Shown: positions 9,820 to 18,820 of the stretch, piece after piece
Layout of the letters: each line of letters begins with the position of its first letter
Numbering within the stretch: the stretch's first letter is position 1
Assembly: GCA_040905565.1 (NCBI GenBank)
Contig: JBBDRF010000025.1
Coordinates: 1-49,190 of the forward strand
Length of the DNA stretch: 49,190 nucleotides
Direction of reading: 5' to 3'
DNA from: Phycisphaeraceae bacterium
GTDB taxonomy: Bacteria > Planctomycetota > Phycisphaerae > Phycisphaerales > Zrk34
The notes under the pieces: model-generated
Told to the model about the DNA's origin: nothing
Database searches by the model: none
The model's input: only the letters and a program-made list of their open reading frames with translations
Made by a program: the position numbers and the translations under genes

Positions 9820-9964
9820 GGTTCAACCACAGAGCCACAGAGGTAGGAGAAGGTAGAGGCGGAGAAGATTCGAGAGAAGAGCCACCACCATCCGATTTCT
9901 GCCTTCGCAACTTTCCTCCTCTTCTTTCTTCCCTCCTCTTCCTCTGTGCCTCTGTGGTTGAACC
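9820..9964. repeat. Long imperfect palindromic element
   Basis: 24-nt arms GGTTCAACCACAGAGCCACAGAGG and CCTCTGTGCCTCTGTGGTTGAACC differ by one mismatch; purine-rich left interior, pyrimidine-rich right interior. Confidence 0.85.
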
Positions 9965-9973
9965 CGATCCCAT

Positions 9974-10001
9974 TTGACGTGGCGGCAGGTGGGGGTATGC
10001 T
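9974..10001 (+). promoter_or_regulatory. Sigma70-like promoter for the 108-aa gene
   Basis: TTGACG-N16-TATGCT. Confidence 0.55.
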
Positions 10002-10049
10002 ATGGGGCTTGCGCGAGGGCGGGGCTAACGGCACAATGGAGCAATTGTC

Positions 10050-10376
10050 ATGACGGCAGATATCGAAACGATCGAAAGTGGCTCGCAGGTTCGGGTGGAA
10101 GTGGTCAAGAAGCCCACGAACGCCGCTGCGGTGAAAACGCTGAAACGCGTCCTGCTCAAGTCCCCCGAGCATGCGGAGGACCAGAAGGTCCAGAAGCGCG
10201 GCCGCGTGCACGGCGAAGTCCCGTTGCGTCGCGGCGGACGCATTTACGCTCAGCACCCCCGCAAAACGCACGTGGTCAAAGGCGAGCTCGGCGAATCCGG
10301 CACCATCCGGGTCACCGGCGACGTCCGCAATGACCTCAACAGCGTCAAGCGATTCATCACCGTGACGCCCGCCTGA
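10050..10376 (+). CDS. Small basic hypothetical protein (108 aa)
   Basis: GGAG RBS, own promoter and terminator, K/R-rich centre (KVQKRGR, RRGGRIY). Confidence 0.8.
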   Translation: MTADIETIESGSQVRVEVVKKPTNAAAVKTLKRVLLKSPEHAEDQKVQKRGRVHGEVPLRRGGRIYAQHPRKTHVVKGELGESGTIRVTGDVRNDLNSVKRFITVTPA

Positions 10377-10412
10377 AACGGCAGCGGCGGCGCGTGAAAC
10401 AGTAAGAGAATG

Positions 10413-10450
10413 AGCGGCCCGGTGCGTGAGAGCGTGCCGGGCTGTTTTTT
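10413..10450 (+). terminator. Intrinsic terminator
   Basis: GCGGCCCGGTGCG/CGTGCCGGGCTGT stem followed by a T-tract. Confidence 0.75.
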
Positions 10451-10521
10451 CGTGCGCTGCCGTTCGATCCGCCTGTTCCCTCACCCCCCGCGACGGTCGA
10501 TTGGCCGCTAGAATGATCGCC

Positions 10522-11544
10522 ATGGCTGGATCAAGAACAACTGCAAAAGGGCCTGTCGCCTTCAGCGGCTCCGAAGGCGTGGTGGTGCTGCACGGCACTG
10601 AAGCGTTCCTCAAAACCGAGTACCTCCGGCGACTGCGTGCTGCCATTGAGCAGGCGGGCGGAAGCGAGGTCGAGACGATTAAGTTCGACGGTGGGGGGGC
10701 ACGCGGCGGCGGGGCGGAGCTTGCTGAGGTGCTTGACGAACTGCGAAGCTTCGGGCTGATGCAGCAGCACAAACTCGTCGTCGTCGATGAAGCGGAAGGG
10801 TTTGTCCAGCAGCATCGGGCGGCACTTGAGCGGTACGCCGAGTCGCCCGTTGAGTCGGCGACGCTGGTGCTGCGGACCGGCGTGTGGCGGCCGGGCAATC
10901 TCGACAAACGCATCAAGAAGATCGGGCAGATCATCAAGTGCGAGCCCGCTAGCGTGGCCGATGCTCAGCGATGGGTGGTGGGGCGGGCTTCGAAAGTGCA
11001 TGGGGCGACCATCGCTCCGAACGTGGCCACCATGCTCGTTGAGCATCTGGGGACGGACTTGAATCGGCTCGATAGCGAGATCGGCAAGCTGGCGCTCGGC
11101 AGCGAAGGAGGGACGATCACGGCGGAGCAGGTCGAGGCGACGGCCGGCCGGGCGAGCGAGGAAAAGGCGTGGGAGATCCAGCAGGCCCTGCTTAGCGGCG
11201 ACGCAGCCCGCGCCATCGAAAAGCTCCACGAACTGGTCGATCTTGCGGGGCAGCCGGATGTGCTGGTGACGTACTTCGTTTCGGACCTGGTGCGGAAGCT
11301 TCACCACGCGTCGGTGATGATCGGCGAGCGAAGGCAGGCGTTCGAGATCTGCAAGGTGCTGAAGATCTGGCCGCGTGAAAAGCAGGGGGTCTTCATGGCG
11401 GCTGCGAAAAAACTCGGCCGACGCCGAAGTGCCGCTTTGCTTGCGACGCTGGTGGCGCTGGACCGCGGCGGCAAAACGGGCCTGGGCGAGATGACGACCA
11501 ACCTCGAGCGTTTCTGCGTCCAGTTCGCCGCCGCCATTCGATGA
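10522..11544 (+). CDS. holA: DNA polymerase III subunit delta
   Basis: VLHGTEAFL, DELRSFGLM..KLVVVDEAE and DLNRLDSEIGKL patterns; about 340 aa. Start could be 10513 or 10522. Confidence 0.85.
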   Translation: MAGSRTTAKGPVAFSGSEGVVVLHGTEAFLKTEYLRRLRAAIEQAGGSEVETIKFDGGGARGGGAELAEVLDELRSFGLMQQHKLVVVDEAEGFVQQHRAALERYAESPVESATLVLRTGVWRPGNLDKRIKKIGQIIKCEPASVADAQRWVVGRASKVHGATIAPNVATMLVEHLGTDLNRLDSEIGKLALGSEGGTITAEQVEATAGRASEEKAWEIQQALLSGDAARAIEKLHELVDLAGQPDVLVTYFVSDLVRKLHHASVMIGERRQAFEICKVLKIWPREKQGVFMAAAKKLGRRRSAALLATLVALDRGGKTGLGEMTTNLERFCVQFAAAIR

Positions 11545-11570
11545 TAAAGATGCCGTTTGCCCCCAAGCAG

Positions 11571-11679
11571 GGGTGCCCCGGCCAGCGAGCGAAGCGAGAC
11601 GGCCGGGCTCCCGAGCGCATGGAGAGGCCGCGACTCGCAACGCCATCCCGCCCGGCCGTCTACGCTGGCCGGCGCACCC
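11571..11679. repeat. REP-like inverted-repeat element, copy 1
   Basis: GGGTGCCCCGGCCAGCG..AGACGGCCGGGC ... GCCCGGCCGTCT..CGCTGGCCGGCGCACCC. Confidence 0.85.
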
Positions 11680-11722
11680 GCGCCCTCACAACCTGGAACA
11701 CACCCCGGCCGCCAACCACGCC

Positions 11723-11750
11723 TTGACTGCCCTGCGAGACACGGTAGAAT
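11723..11750 (+). promoter_or_regulatory. Sigma70-like promoter of tRNA-Lys
   Basis: TTGACT-N16-TAGAAT, ending 12 nt before the tRNA. Confidence 0.65.
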
Positions 11751-11762
11751 ACGACTTCCTAA

Positions 11763-11835
<73 letters not shown>

Positions 11836-11843
11836 TTCGTGAC

Positions 11844-11879
11844 AGGCGTTGCCACAGTAAGACAGGCAACGCCTTTTTT
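11844..11879 (+). terminator. tRNA-Lys terminator
   Basis: Perfect AGGCGTTGCC/GGCAACGCCT stem plus T-tract. Confidence 0.85.
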
Positions 11880-12298
11880 ATGCGCTGACAGCGGTTTAGC
11901 CTCTTCCGAGGCGTTCGCAGGCTCGCCCCCTCACTGTCACCCGTTGACTCTACGCGACACGAAACGCCAGCTGAGCGCTGCGCCAAACTGTCGCCGGATG
12001 CGTCGGGATGGCGTCGGCCGTGCCGATTGCCGCCGCCTCTTTCAGTGGTTCGCGATGGGATACCGATCATCGCCCCAAGGCTGCATGTAGATGGTAGCAA
12101 GGCTGATCAGTCGCCCAAAGTCAAAGCGTTCGGCGGCGCCCTGCAGGGGGTGCGGGCATGCCGCGGCATCCTGCTCACGACTCAGCCATGTTTTGGGTTT
12201 TCATCCGGGCCGTTTCAACGTAGCCTTTGAGGAAGCCGTGGGGAGGTGCGTCGCCTGGGGGAACCGGATGGCGTTCGTTTCAAGTATGGGGAGCTGTT

Positions 12299-12394
12299 AA
12301 GGCTCACGATTTTCCGCGGCGGACCTTCATGCAGGCTGCCGCCACCCTTGCCGTAGCAGGGCTCGCCCGTGCCTCTGCGCACGCGCGGGTTTGA
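12299..12394 (+). pseudogene. Orphan twin-arginine signal-peptide-like remnant (KAHDFPRRTFMQAAATLAVAGLARASAHARV*)
   Basis: RRxF motif, hydrophobic region and AxA, then a stop; no convincing start codon. Confidence 0.35.
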
Positions 12395-12427
12395 GCGTCA
12401 TGTGAACCGGTGATATGGAGGTCCACC

Positions 12428-13714
12428 ATGCGAATGCAGAGCACGCTTACCGTAATGCTGCTGACGATGTTGCTGCTACCGTCTGTTGTGCGGGCGGATG
12501 AGTATTTCGTCGCACCGGCTGGAGCGGCGGAGAACCCGGGCACCGTTGAAGAGCCTTGGGACATCGAATCCGCATGGTCTGGCGAGCAGGACGTCGCACC
12601 CGGCAGCACCATCTACATGAAAGGCGGTACGTATCGGCACCCGGTGCGGGAATGGGGCGATGGGAACTTTCACATCCGCCTTGCCGGCGACGAAGATGCG
12701 CCGATCCACATCCGCCCCATTCAGGGCGAACGCGCCACCATTGATGGCGGTGTTATCGTCGACGCCAACAGTCACCACCTCTGGCTGTGGGATCTGGAAA
12801 TCACCATCAGTGAGGCGGCCGAGTGGGACCGCCGCGTGGCAGAGGGCGGTTCGCATCCCAGGCCCGACGTCGACCAGCCGCAGGGCGGGCTCACGATCCA
12901 CGGCGGCGAGGGCAGCCGATTCATCAACCTCGTCATCCACACCACCAACAGCACCGGCGTCAGCTTCTGGCGCGGCGCCAGCGATGCGGAGCTCCACGGC
13001 TGCCTCATCTACAACAACGGATGGATGGGCCCGGACCGCTACCACGGCCCGGGCATCTACACCCAGAACCAGCACGGCGAGAAGTGGATCACCGACAACA
13101 TCCTCTTCGGCAACTACTCCACGACCATCCAGGCCTACGGCAGCGACCGGGCGTACGTTGATGGTTTCCGCGTCATCGGCAACATCGCCTTTGCCCCCGT
13201 GCGCGAAGGCCGGCGGGAGCGCATCCTCATCGGGGGCGGTCGGCCCAGCCAGGACATTGTCGCCAACGCCAACATCCTCTACGAAGTACCACTACAACTC
13301 GGCTTCAACGCCCCGCACAACGAAGATGCCGTCGTGCGCGACAATATCGTGGTGAACGCCACGCTGAGCATCAACCGCTTCCGCGAGGTGGATGAGCGCG
13401 ACAATCTCGTGCTCACCGCTGACGACGATCGCCCCGACGAACCCGTTCGCGTCGTTCTTCGGCCCAACAAATACAACCGCAACCGCGCCAACCTCGCCGT
13501 GCTGAACTGGGGGCGAACCCCGACCGTCGCCATCGATCTGAGCGACTTCCTCAATGAAGGAGACCGCTTCCGCATTGTCAGTTCACTCGATTTTTTCGGC
13601 GATCCCGTCGCAACCGACACCTTCACGGGAGACAAGATCGAAGTTCCGGTGTCAGCCAGCGAGCAGACGGGCAACGGAGAATTCTGCGCCTACATCGTTT
13701 TCCGGCTGCCTTGA
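12428..13714 (+). CDS. Secreted right-handed parallel beta-helix (pectin-lyase-fold) protein
   Basis: GGAGG RBS, signal peptide ending VRA, YFVAPAG..GTVEEPW, PGSTIYMKGGTY, Asn/Gly-rich beta-helix repeats. Confidence 0.8.
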   Translation: MRMQSTLTVMLLTMLLLPSVVRADEYFVAPAGAAENPGTVEEPWDIESAWSGEQDVAPGSTIYMKGGTYRHPVREWGDGNFHIRLAGDEDAPIHIRPIQGERATIDGGVIVDANSHHLWLWDLEITISEAAEWDRRVAEGGSHPRPDVDQPQGGLTIHGGEGSRFINLVIHTTNSTGVSFWRGASDAELHGCLIYNNGWMGPDRYHGPGIYTQNQHGEKWITDNILFGNYSTTIQAYGSDRAYVDGFRVIGNIAFAPVREGRRERILIGGGRPSQDIVANANILYEVPLQLGFNAPHNEDAVVRDNIVVNATLSINRFREVDERDNLVLTADDDRPDEPVRVVLRPNKYNRNRANLAVLNWGRTPTVAIDLSDFLNEGDRFRIVSSLDFFGDPVATDTFTGDKIEVPVSASEQTGNGEFCAYIVFRLP

Positions 13715-13932
13715 TGAAGCACCGTCGGTGTGTTCCGTTTCGCAAGTGCTCCGCACGGCTCCAGTGATGTGCTCATCGCCGAACTTCATACACCTGCCTG
13801 TGACGTGCCACCGGCTCCAGCGTCCTTTCGTCGAGTACAAGCAATCGCCCCTCTGATGCCACCTTGGCGTCTGGCCCGAGGCGCGGGCCGCCGTAGGCGC
13901 TGCGGTCGCCCTGACCATCGAGCAGCATCGGT

Positions 13933-13963
13933 AGCGCTTGCCACCGCTTGCGAGGCTTTTTTT
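13933..13963 (+). terminator. Probable terminator converging on the rpmH terminator
   Basis: Bulged AGCGCTTGC/GCGAGGCT stem plus T7. Confidence 0.45.
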
Positions 13964-13996
13964 ATGCGCTGTGACGGTTGCCGGGTGGGGCGCGTG

Positions 13997-14030
13997 AAAA
14001 AACAACGCCCTTCCTTGGAAGAGCGTTGTC
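13997..14030 (-). terminator. rpmH terminator
   Basis: ACAACGCCCTTCC/GGAAGAGCGTTGT stem with an A-tract on +. Confidence 0.75.
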
Positions 14031-14061
14031 TGGTTAACAAGTGCGGCGGCCGCGGGCGCGG

Positions 14062-14202
14062 TCAGGCAGAAAGAACCTGACGGCCGACGCGACGCTTGGC
14101 GTTGAGAATCTTGCGTCCGGTCTTGGTCTTCATGCGTGACCGGAACCCGAACTTGCGCTTACGCTTGCGGTTGGAAATACGGCGGGAATAATGAACGCTC
14201 AT
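14062..14202 (-). CDS. rpmH: 50S ribosomal protein L34 (46 aa, absent from the ORF track)
   Basis: [46 protein letters not shown] matches the bL34 pattern KR.R.xGFR.RM.T..GR.IL..RR..GR. Confidence 0.95.
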   Translation of the reverse strand: MSVHYSRRISNRKRKRKFGFRSRMKTKTGRKILNAKRRVGRQVLSA

Positions 14203-14226
14203 CGCTGACGATCTCCGAAAGCTGGC

Positions 14227-16650
14227 TCAGCGGGGCACGCTGAAGGTTCGCGAAACATGACGGGTATTGCCCTGGGCATCGCTCGCACGAAGCGAGAGCA
14301 CCTTAGTGCCCGGAGCGAGATCGGGGATTGTAACGCGGATGGTTTCTTCTGTCGAGTCGTAGATCATGTCCTCGGGGAGGACCATGTTCCAATCCTCGTT
14401 TCCCGAGACCCGGTAACGCACTTCCTGGATGGGGCTGAGGGCGTTGGTGATGCGAGCGGTGAGCACCGCCTGTCCGTTCTCGCCGACCGCCACTGCGAAA
14501 TCGTGAACCTCGGGCATCGTGTTGTCGATGGTGACCGGATCGCTGCGGCGGGTCGTGGTCATCGCCTGATCGGGCACGTTATCCAGCTGATCCGAAGCGG
14601 TGACGCGAAGAACGTACCGGCCGTCGGGCACGGTGCGCGTGTCCCAGTCGTAACTTGTCTCGGTGATATCTTCAGCGATGGTGATGTACGGATCGTCCGT
14701 GCCGAAGGGCTTTGCTTCAAGGCGATAGCTGAGGCGGTCTTCGTTGGGGTCGCTGGCTTCCCATTCGACCTTCAGCGTGGTGCGGGCCTGGGGGGCCTGA
14801 TTCGGCTGGCCCGCTCGGCCGCCGGCCTGGGTGTAATCGGCTTTGAGCGAAGCGAGACGCGGCGAGAGGTTCGGCATCAGGTATCGCAGGGCCACCTGGT
14901 AAACCGTCGGCGTCGCGCCGTTGGCGGAGCGGAGTGTCAGCTGGTACTGGATGAACCGAGCGGAGGGGCTGGGCACATCGAGGTAGGCGCTGCGGCCTCC
15001 GACGAACTCGACCTGCTGCGGCGCTGACCATGGCGACCAGGTGCCCAGGTCAGGATCGGCAACGTTGCCGGTGCGCGTTCGCACCTCGACGGCGGTCTCC
15101 TCAAGATTCTCAGCCTTGAGATGAAGCTTGCCCCATAGGCTGATCTGGTCCGCGTCGAGCGGTTCGCTGGTGAGCGAGCCCTGCGTCACAAAATCGCTCT
15201 GCAGTTCGTAGAGGATGCCGGGGTTGGCGGCGCCGAGCAGCACATTGCCTTCCGCGGTTTTGAAAAGCGCGGGGATCTGCTGGGAGTCGAGGTCGGTGAG
15301 AATGGCGACTTCTTCAGTTTCCGGGTCAAGGCGATAGATCTGCCCTTCGTTGCCGGTGGCGACGAGGAGCGCGCCGTTCTGCTGCATGATGTTGAGGATC
15401 ATGACTGATTCACGGAAGAGTTCGTGCACGAACCCGTCCGGCGAGATGCGGTAGATGGCGTTGCCCTGGCGTGAGCCTGATGAGGCTGAGGCGCGCGAGG
15501 CGGTGCCTCCGCCGTTGCGTCGGGTCTGGGCGGGGCGGGCGCTGGGCTCGGGCATTTCCTGCATCGGCACGGCACCGGATTCACGCGCGTCGCTGAGACG
15601 CTCGGAAACAATGTCGCGAAGGGCGTCGTACTGCTCAGCGGTCGGCGCGGCGGTTTCGTCGGCGGCATCGGTATCGGCATCCTCGGCCTCGTCCTCACCT
15701 TCGACCTCGGCGTCATCCTGAGGCTCGGGGGCGGGGGGGGCCGGTGGAGCGTCGGGGAGGTCGGCGTCGCCGTCGGGATCCTCGGCGGGTTCATCCTCAG
15801 CAGGCTCCATGGACTCGGGGCGACCGCTGGTGTCTTCGCGGGCCGCTTCGAGTCGACCGGGGCGGGCCTGGTCGGCATCGGCGGTGCCGGCGTAAACGGT
15901 GCCGTCTGCGAGGACGAGCAGCGCGCCGATTTCAGGCTCCGGTGCGTCGTAGATAATGAAAGGCTGATACGTGCCGTCGGGCCGCTGGGTAAGCCGATAG
16001 ACGAGCCCTTCGCCATCGGTGCCGGCGTAAACCTGTCCGTTGCCGTCGGCGGCGATGGTGAGAATATTGCTCGGATCGGCATCGAGCGCGACTTCCACCA
16101 CGGGCTCATCCGGTGCGTAATCGATGGCGAACAGCGTGCCGTCGGTGCCGGTGGCGGCGTAGAGACGGTCGTTGGTCAGCAGCATGTCCCAGATGTAACG
16201 CGTTTCGGGAAGGGCGACGCGTTGTGCGACGGCCATGTCTTCGCCGGTGCGCCGTTCGAGATGACTTTGCGCGCCGCTGATGCCGACCCACAGGCTTTCG
16301 CCGTCGGTGGTGAGCGCGAAGATCTGCGAATCCTCGAAGGTTTCTACTGTCTCCAGCGATTCATCGACGAGCTGGGCGAGGCGTGCCTCGGGGCCGACGG
16401 CGACAAAGACGCGGCCGTCGTCGAGCTGAACGATGTCGTAGATGAGCGCATCGTCGGCGAGGGACGTGATGAGGCGCGTCTGCTGCGCGAGCCGCACCTC
16501 GCCGAGGTTGGTCACGACGGTGCCGTCACGATCGCCTGCTGAGAAGTCGGCTTCGGTGCGATGGATCCACTCACTGGGCTGAACCGCGAACGCGGAGGCG
16601 GCGATGAGCAGGGCGAGAACGGGTGAGATAAGAGCTGCTTGACGGATCAA
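14227..16650 (-). CDS. Secreted beta-propeller plus Fn3/Ig-like protein with an acidic/Pro-rich insert
   Basis: Signal peptide ending ASAFA; repeated YAATG/YAGT/LVATG blades; C-terminal WEASDPNEDRLSYRLE and WDTRTVPDGRYVLRVTASD. Confidence 0.75.
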   Translation of the reverse strand: MIRQAALISPVLALLIAASAFAVQPSEWIHRTEADFSAGDRDGTVVTNLGEVRLAQQTRLITSLADDALIYDIVQLDDGRVFVAVGPEARLAQLVDESLETVETFEDSQIFALTTDGESLWVGISGAQSHLERRTGEDMAVAQRVALPETRYIWDMLLTNDRLYAATGTDGTLFAIDYAPDEPVVEVALDADPSNILTIAADGNGQVYAGTDGEGLVYRLTQRPDGTYQPFIIYDAPEPEIGALLVLADGTVYAGTADADQARPGRLEAAREDTSGRPESMEPAEDEPAEDPDGDADLPDAPPAPPAPEPQDDAEVEGEDEAEDADTDAADETAAPTAEQYDALRDIVSERLSDARESGAVPMQEMPEPSARPAQTRRNGGGTASRASASSGSRQGNAIYRISPDGFVHELFRESVMILNIMQQNGALLVATGNEGQIYRLDPETEEVAILTDLDSQQIPALFKTAEGNVLLGAANPGILYELQSDFVTQGSLTSEPLDADQISLWGKLHLKAENLEETAVEVRTRTGNVADPDLGTWSPWSAPQQVEFVGGRSAYLDVPSPSARFIQYQLTLRSANGATPTVYQVALRYLMPNLSPRLASLKADYTQAGGRAGQPNQAPQARTTLKVEWEASDPNEDRLSYRLEAKPFGTDDPYITIAEDITETSYDWDTRTVPDGRYVLRVTASDQLDNVPDQAMTTTRRSDPVTIDNTMPEVHDFAVAVGENGQAVLTARITNALSPIQEVRYRVSGNEDWNMVLPEDMIYDSTEETIRVTIPDLAPGTKVLSLRASDAQGNTRHVSRTFSVPR

Positions 16651-16693
16651 GTCGCCACTCCTTCGTGAGCGGTGAGGAGGTGAATGTATTTGA

Positions 16694-18664
16694 TTAACGT
16701 CGGGTCGAAGCGTCGCGCTGCACGGTGATGGGCATCATGATGCCGCCGGAGACGACGAAGGGTTTCGCGTCGATCTGTTCGATGCCTTCGACGTAAGGCG
16801 TGGCCCGGGTCGAGGAGTCGACACTGAGCAGGGCTCGGCGCGAACTGGGCAGTTCCGGATGCTCGGTGCGGCCGAGTGCGAGATCGTTGGCGTTGGGCGG
16901 CAGCGTCAGCACGCCGTAGAGCGCGTCGTCACGCAGCGAGAGGATCTGCTGAACGGCGTCGAAGAGCTCGTCCTGCGACTGAGCGACCATCAGGTGCGGC
17001 TTGCGCTGACTGAGGTGCTGCTGGTAGGCCTGGGCGCCGCCGATCATCAGCTGGTACTGGCCGTCGGGGAGGTCGTCGGGGACGACAATCTCGAGCTTCG
17101 TGTCGATGGCATCTTCACGGAAGGGGACCAGGCGGATGTTGGCGGTGATGGTTTCGCCGGGCCTGAGGTTGGCGCGCTCGAGGGTCACCGCGGCGATCTC
17201 GGCGACTTTGACACTGTCCTCGATGTTGATGTCGAGGTCGATCGATTCGACATTCACGCTGCCGTAGTCGGTATCGATGAGGGTGCCGATGGCGGGGAGG
17301 ATGGCCGAGGCGACGAGGCCGCCGGATGCGTTCGGGACCAGTTGGTCGATGTTGATGGTCTTGCCGTTTTCGAACGCGATGGCGCCCTGAATGCGGACGG
17401 TGTTGAAGCGAGGCAGTTCGACGTCGGCCTGCATGGACTGCATGGCGACGCTGGCGACGAGGCCGGGCAGCAGCCGTGGATGATGCACGATCTCGTATTC
17501 GTACTTCCGGCTGAGGTCGCCGCCTGGCCAGTTGAAGTTGACGGTTGCGGGGACGGTGCGGAAGGTGCCGCCGGGCTTGCCGATGACGGCTGCGGCTTCA
17601 TCGCGGACGATCGCCCCCTTGACGTCAAGCGACCCGCCGAGCTTGAAGCTGATCTGCACGTTGGGCTGGACGAAGTGGACGAAACCGGTGGCCATGGGAA
17701 CGGCGATGTCGCCCTGCGCGAACATCGAATGGCCGAAGCCGAGGACGGTGCCGTCGGGCAGCACATCGGTGGCGGTGCCCATTGCGGACAATTCCATCGG
17801 CCCGAAGGCCAGCGGGATGGCGAGGACGCTGCCGGGTTTAATTTCGACCTGGTCGCTTTGGATCCAGGGCGGTGCGCCGTTGCCGGATGCCATGCCGCGT
17901 GGGCTGGCGGTCGGGAACAGGCCCATGGGTGTGAAGAAGGGCGCGAGCAGGTCGGCGTGTTCGCTTGAGCCGACCATCAGCGGGAGGACGCCTTGGCCGC
18001 CGCTTTGCGAGAGCGCTTCGATGTCGCCACGCAGGCCCTTGACGGTGTTGCGGGGCTCGAAGTCCGTCAGGTCGCTGATGGCGTGGAGGCGCCAGTCCTG
18101 ATAGTCCTTCGCGTTGAGCTTCTGACTGAGGTAGTGGCTGCCTTCGAGGGTGAGTTGGCGCACGCCCGCTGCCTGCTGGGCGTCGTTGGGCTCACCGCCC
18201 TTGGCGCGTGCGCCGGCTTCGAGCATCTGCTCGATAGGCTGGACGCCGACGAAGCAATCTTTGCCGAAGGAATGGCCGAACGCGAAAGCGCCGATGATGC
18301 GGCCGCCTTCGCCGATGGTGTGGGTTTCGCCCTCGGCGGGGGGGTCGGTCCAGAGGTAGATCGGCGAACCGCTCATGCCCTGCACCGGCCCGCTCTGCTG
18401 CATCCGCTCATCGGGACAGCGGACCCAGACGACGGCTTTGCCGGGCTCGAAGCCTTCCTGAACGGAGACGACTTCAACCTCGAACGGTTCGGTTGTGGCA
18501 CCTTGGAAGACGGTCACGCCGTAGCCGCGCATGCCTGGTTTGACCTGGTCGACGCGGAGGTGTCGGTTTTCGTCGAAGCCGGGGGGCGATTCGGCCTGGA
18601 GGGGTGAGCTAACCCCGATCGCGATCATCAGGGCGCACGCTGAGAGTCGAGCAAGTTGCATCAT
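16694..18664 (-). CDS. Secreted SpoIVB peptidase S55 domain protein
   Basis: Signal peptide; VKPGMRGYGVTVFQG, QGMSGSPIY (catalytic Ser motif), IIGAFAFG, VLGFGH. Confidence 0.85.
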   Translation of the reverse strand: MMQLARLSACALMIAIGVSSPLQAESPPGFDENRHLRVDQVKPGMRGYGVTVFQGATTEPFEVEVVSVQEGFEPGKAVVWVRCPDERMQQSGPVQGMSGSPIYLWTDPPAEGETHTIGEGGRIIGAFAFGHSFGKDCFVGVQPIEQMLEAGARAKGGEPNDAQQAAGVRQLTLEGSHYLSQKLNAKDYQDWRLHAISDLTDFEPRNTVKGLRGDIEALSQSGGQGVLPLMVGSSEHADLLAPFFTPMGLFPTASPRGMASGNGAPPWIQSDQVEIKPGSVLAIPLAFGPMELSAMGTATDVLPDGTVLGFGHSMFAQGDIAVPMATGFVHFVQPNVQISFKLGGSLDVKGAIVRDEAAAVIGKPGGTFRTVPATVNFNWPGGDLSRKYEYEIVHHPRLLPGLVASVAMQSMQADVELPRFNTVRIQGAIAFENGKTINIDQLVPNASGGLVASAILPAIGTLIDTDYGSVNVESIDLDINIEDSVKVAEIAAVTLERANLRPGETITANIRLVPFREDAIDTKLEIVVPDDLPDGQYQLMIGGAQAYQQHLSQRKPHLMVAQSQDELFDAVQQILSLRDDALYGVLTLPPNANDLALGRTEHPELPSSRRALLSVDSSTRATPYVEGIEQIDAKPFVVSGGIMMPITVQRDASTRR

Positions 18665-18820
18665 GCCAGCAGCGTAGGCAGGTTCCCTACAATTGACAAG
18701 GCAAAGGTGGCAAGGGTAGGTTTCCGTGTGTCGATGCTGTCAAATAGAAATCTTGCTTGAAGGATGTTAGGTCGCCGCGTCGGTAGGGGAATCCCCCGAT
18801 TCGCCGACGCGTTATCAATC

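Noticed and set aside
11874..13971. TTTTTTATGCGCTG direct repeat as island att sites
   Set aside because: The same motif follows other terminators, so it is better explained as a terminator tail.
13652..14040. rnpA expected downstream of rpmH
   Set aside because: No ORF with the RnpA A..RNR.KR motif; a terminator follows rpmH.
18690..18745. Two opposed TTGACA hexamers between the S55 gene and rnc
   Set aside because: Spacers to plausible -10 boxes are 18-19 nt and the -10 matches are weak.
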